From an uncultured archaeon (GTDB lineage: Archaea > Aenigmatarchaeota > Aenigmatarchaeia > QMZP01), in NCBI GenBank assembly GCA_964484305.1, contig CAZAEI010000002.1, positions 11,715 to 75,714 of the forward strand: DNA of 64,000 nt. Reading direction: 5' to 3'. Below, piece after piece: positions 63,772 through 64,000 of this stretch. The notes beneath the pieces are model-generated. The model searched no databases and had not been told where the DNA came from. It saw nothing but the letters and a program-made list of their open reading frames with translations. The position numbers and the translations under genes were made by a program. Every line of letters begins with the position of its first letter. Within the stretch, counting starts at the first letter, position 1.

Positions 63772-64000
63772 TCCCTTGGCAGGAGCTTCATGAGCTTGGA
63801 GAGTTCAAGCCTTCCCTGGGCAAGCTCCCTGCTGCCGCCCCCTGAGCCGCCTGTCTTGTCCAGAATCTCTTTCAGGACCTTGCTTGCGTCCCTGATTCTG
63901 CTCATGGCTATGATGTCACCGGCCTGGTTGGCCAGGATTACGGTCAGGTTCGGGTTTATATTGAGTATCTGGTTGGCTATCTCTATTATGGTCTTTCTGT
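63768..64000 (-). CDS. Partial CDS (C-terminal 77 aa) with a DHHA1-like end, as in AlaRS or AlaX.
   Basis: The minus strand reads ...ANQAGDIIAMSRIRDASKVLKEILDKTGGSGGGSRELAQGRLELSKLMKLLPRD*. The GG.GGG...AQG motif is typical of AlaRS-type C-termini. Its stop overlaps the convergent stop codon (CTAG). Confidence 0.35.
   Translation of the reverse strand, partial: RKTIIEIANQILNINPNLTVILANQAGDIIAMSRIRDASKVLKEILDKTGGSGGGSRELAQGRLELSKLMKLLPRD

Noticed and set aside
1-64000. Mobile elements, integrases, transposases, toxin-antitoxin pairs, restriction-modification or other defence genes, rRNA and tRNA.
   Set aside because: I recognised none in any frame. The only candidates for mobility are the short hairpin units, which have no terminal inverted repeats or target-site duplications that I could see.

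Overview
The window looks archaeal. Start codons are preceded by GGAGGTGA-type Shine-Dalgarno sequences, the short promoter gaps are AT-rich and TATA-like, and it carries the archaeal mevalonate trio (HMG-CoA synthase, thiolase, DUF35), an archaeal-type MinD and an AglH-like GlcNAc-1-P transferase. About 78% of the window (310-50413, minus strand) is one co-directional surface-protein gene cluster. It is dominated by a single uninterrupted 40,326-nt gene (8135-48460; 13,441 aa from the SD-supported ATG). That protein has a signal peptide, a lower-GC N-terminal tip, about 25 iterations of a Cys-containing, sequon-laden three-domain module (including two perfectly duplicated blocks over 1 kb long), a CARDB-like stalk, one TM helix and a C-terminal cytoplasmic HerA/FtsK-class P-loop ATPase. 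Upstream are two small secreted proteins, one carrying a paralogue of the giant protein's tip. Downstream are a 608-aa cytoplasmic coiled-coil protein and a 1,962-aa TM-anchored glycoprotein whose cytoplasmic tail shares SHOCT-like motifs with that coiled-coil protein. I propose this cluster as a candidate undescribed ATPase-coupled giant surface-fibre or adhesin system. The remaining 14 kb holds a GT2 Dol-P-sugar synthase-like gene (apparently frameshifted), a coiled-coil wHTH regulator with a palindromic operator, MinD, the mevalonate operon, and a glycan or lipid tailoring cluster (carbamoyltransferase, PIG-L deacetylase, ATP-grasp ligase, GT4 GlcNAc-1-P transferase). It also holds creatininase-like, PHP, nitroreductase and membrane thioredoxin-like genes and a partial DHHA1-like gene end. 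A family of GC-rich hairpin plus SD units (CCGTCCC-GNA-GGGACGG-AAGGTGA) recurs, partly in tandem, directly upstream of start codons. I found no rRNA, tRNA, CRISPR, transposase or integrase. All domain calls come from motif recognition by eye, and no database search was possible.
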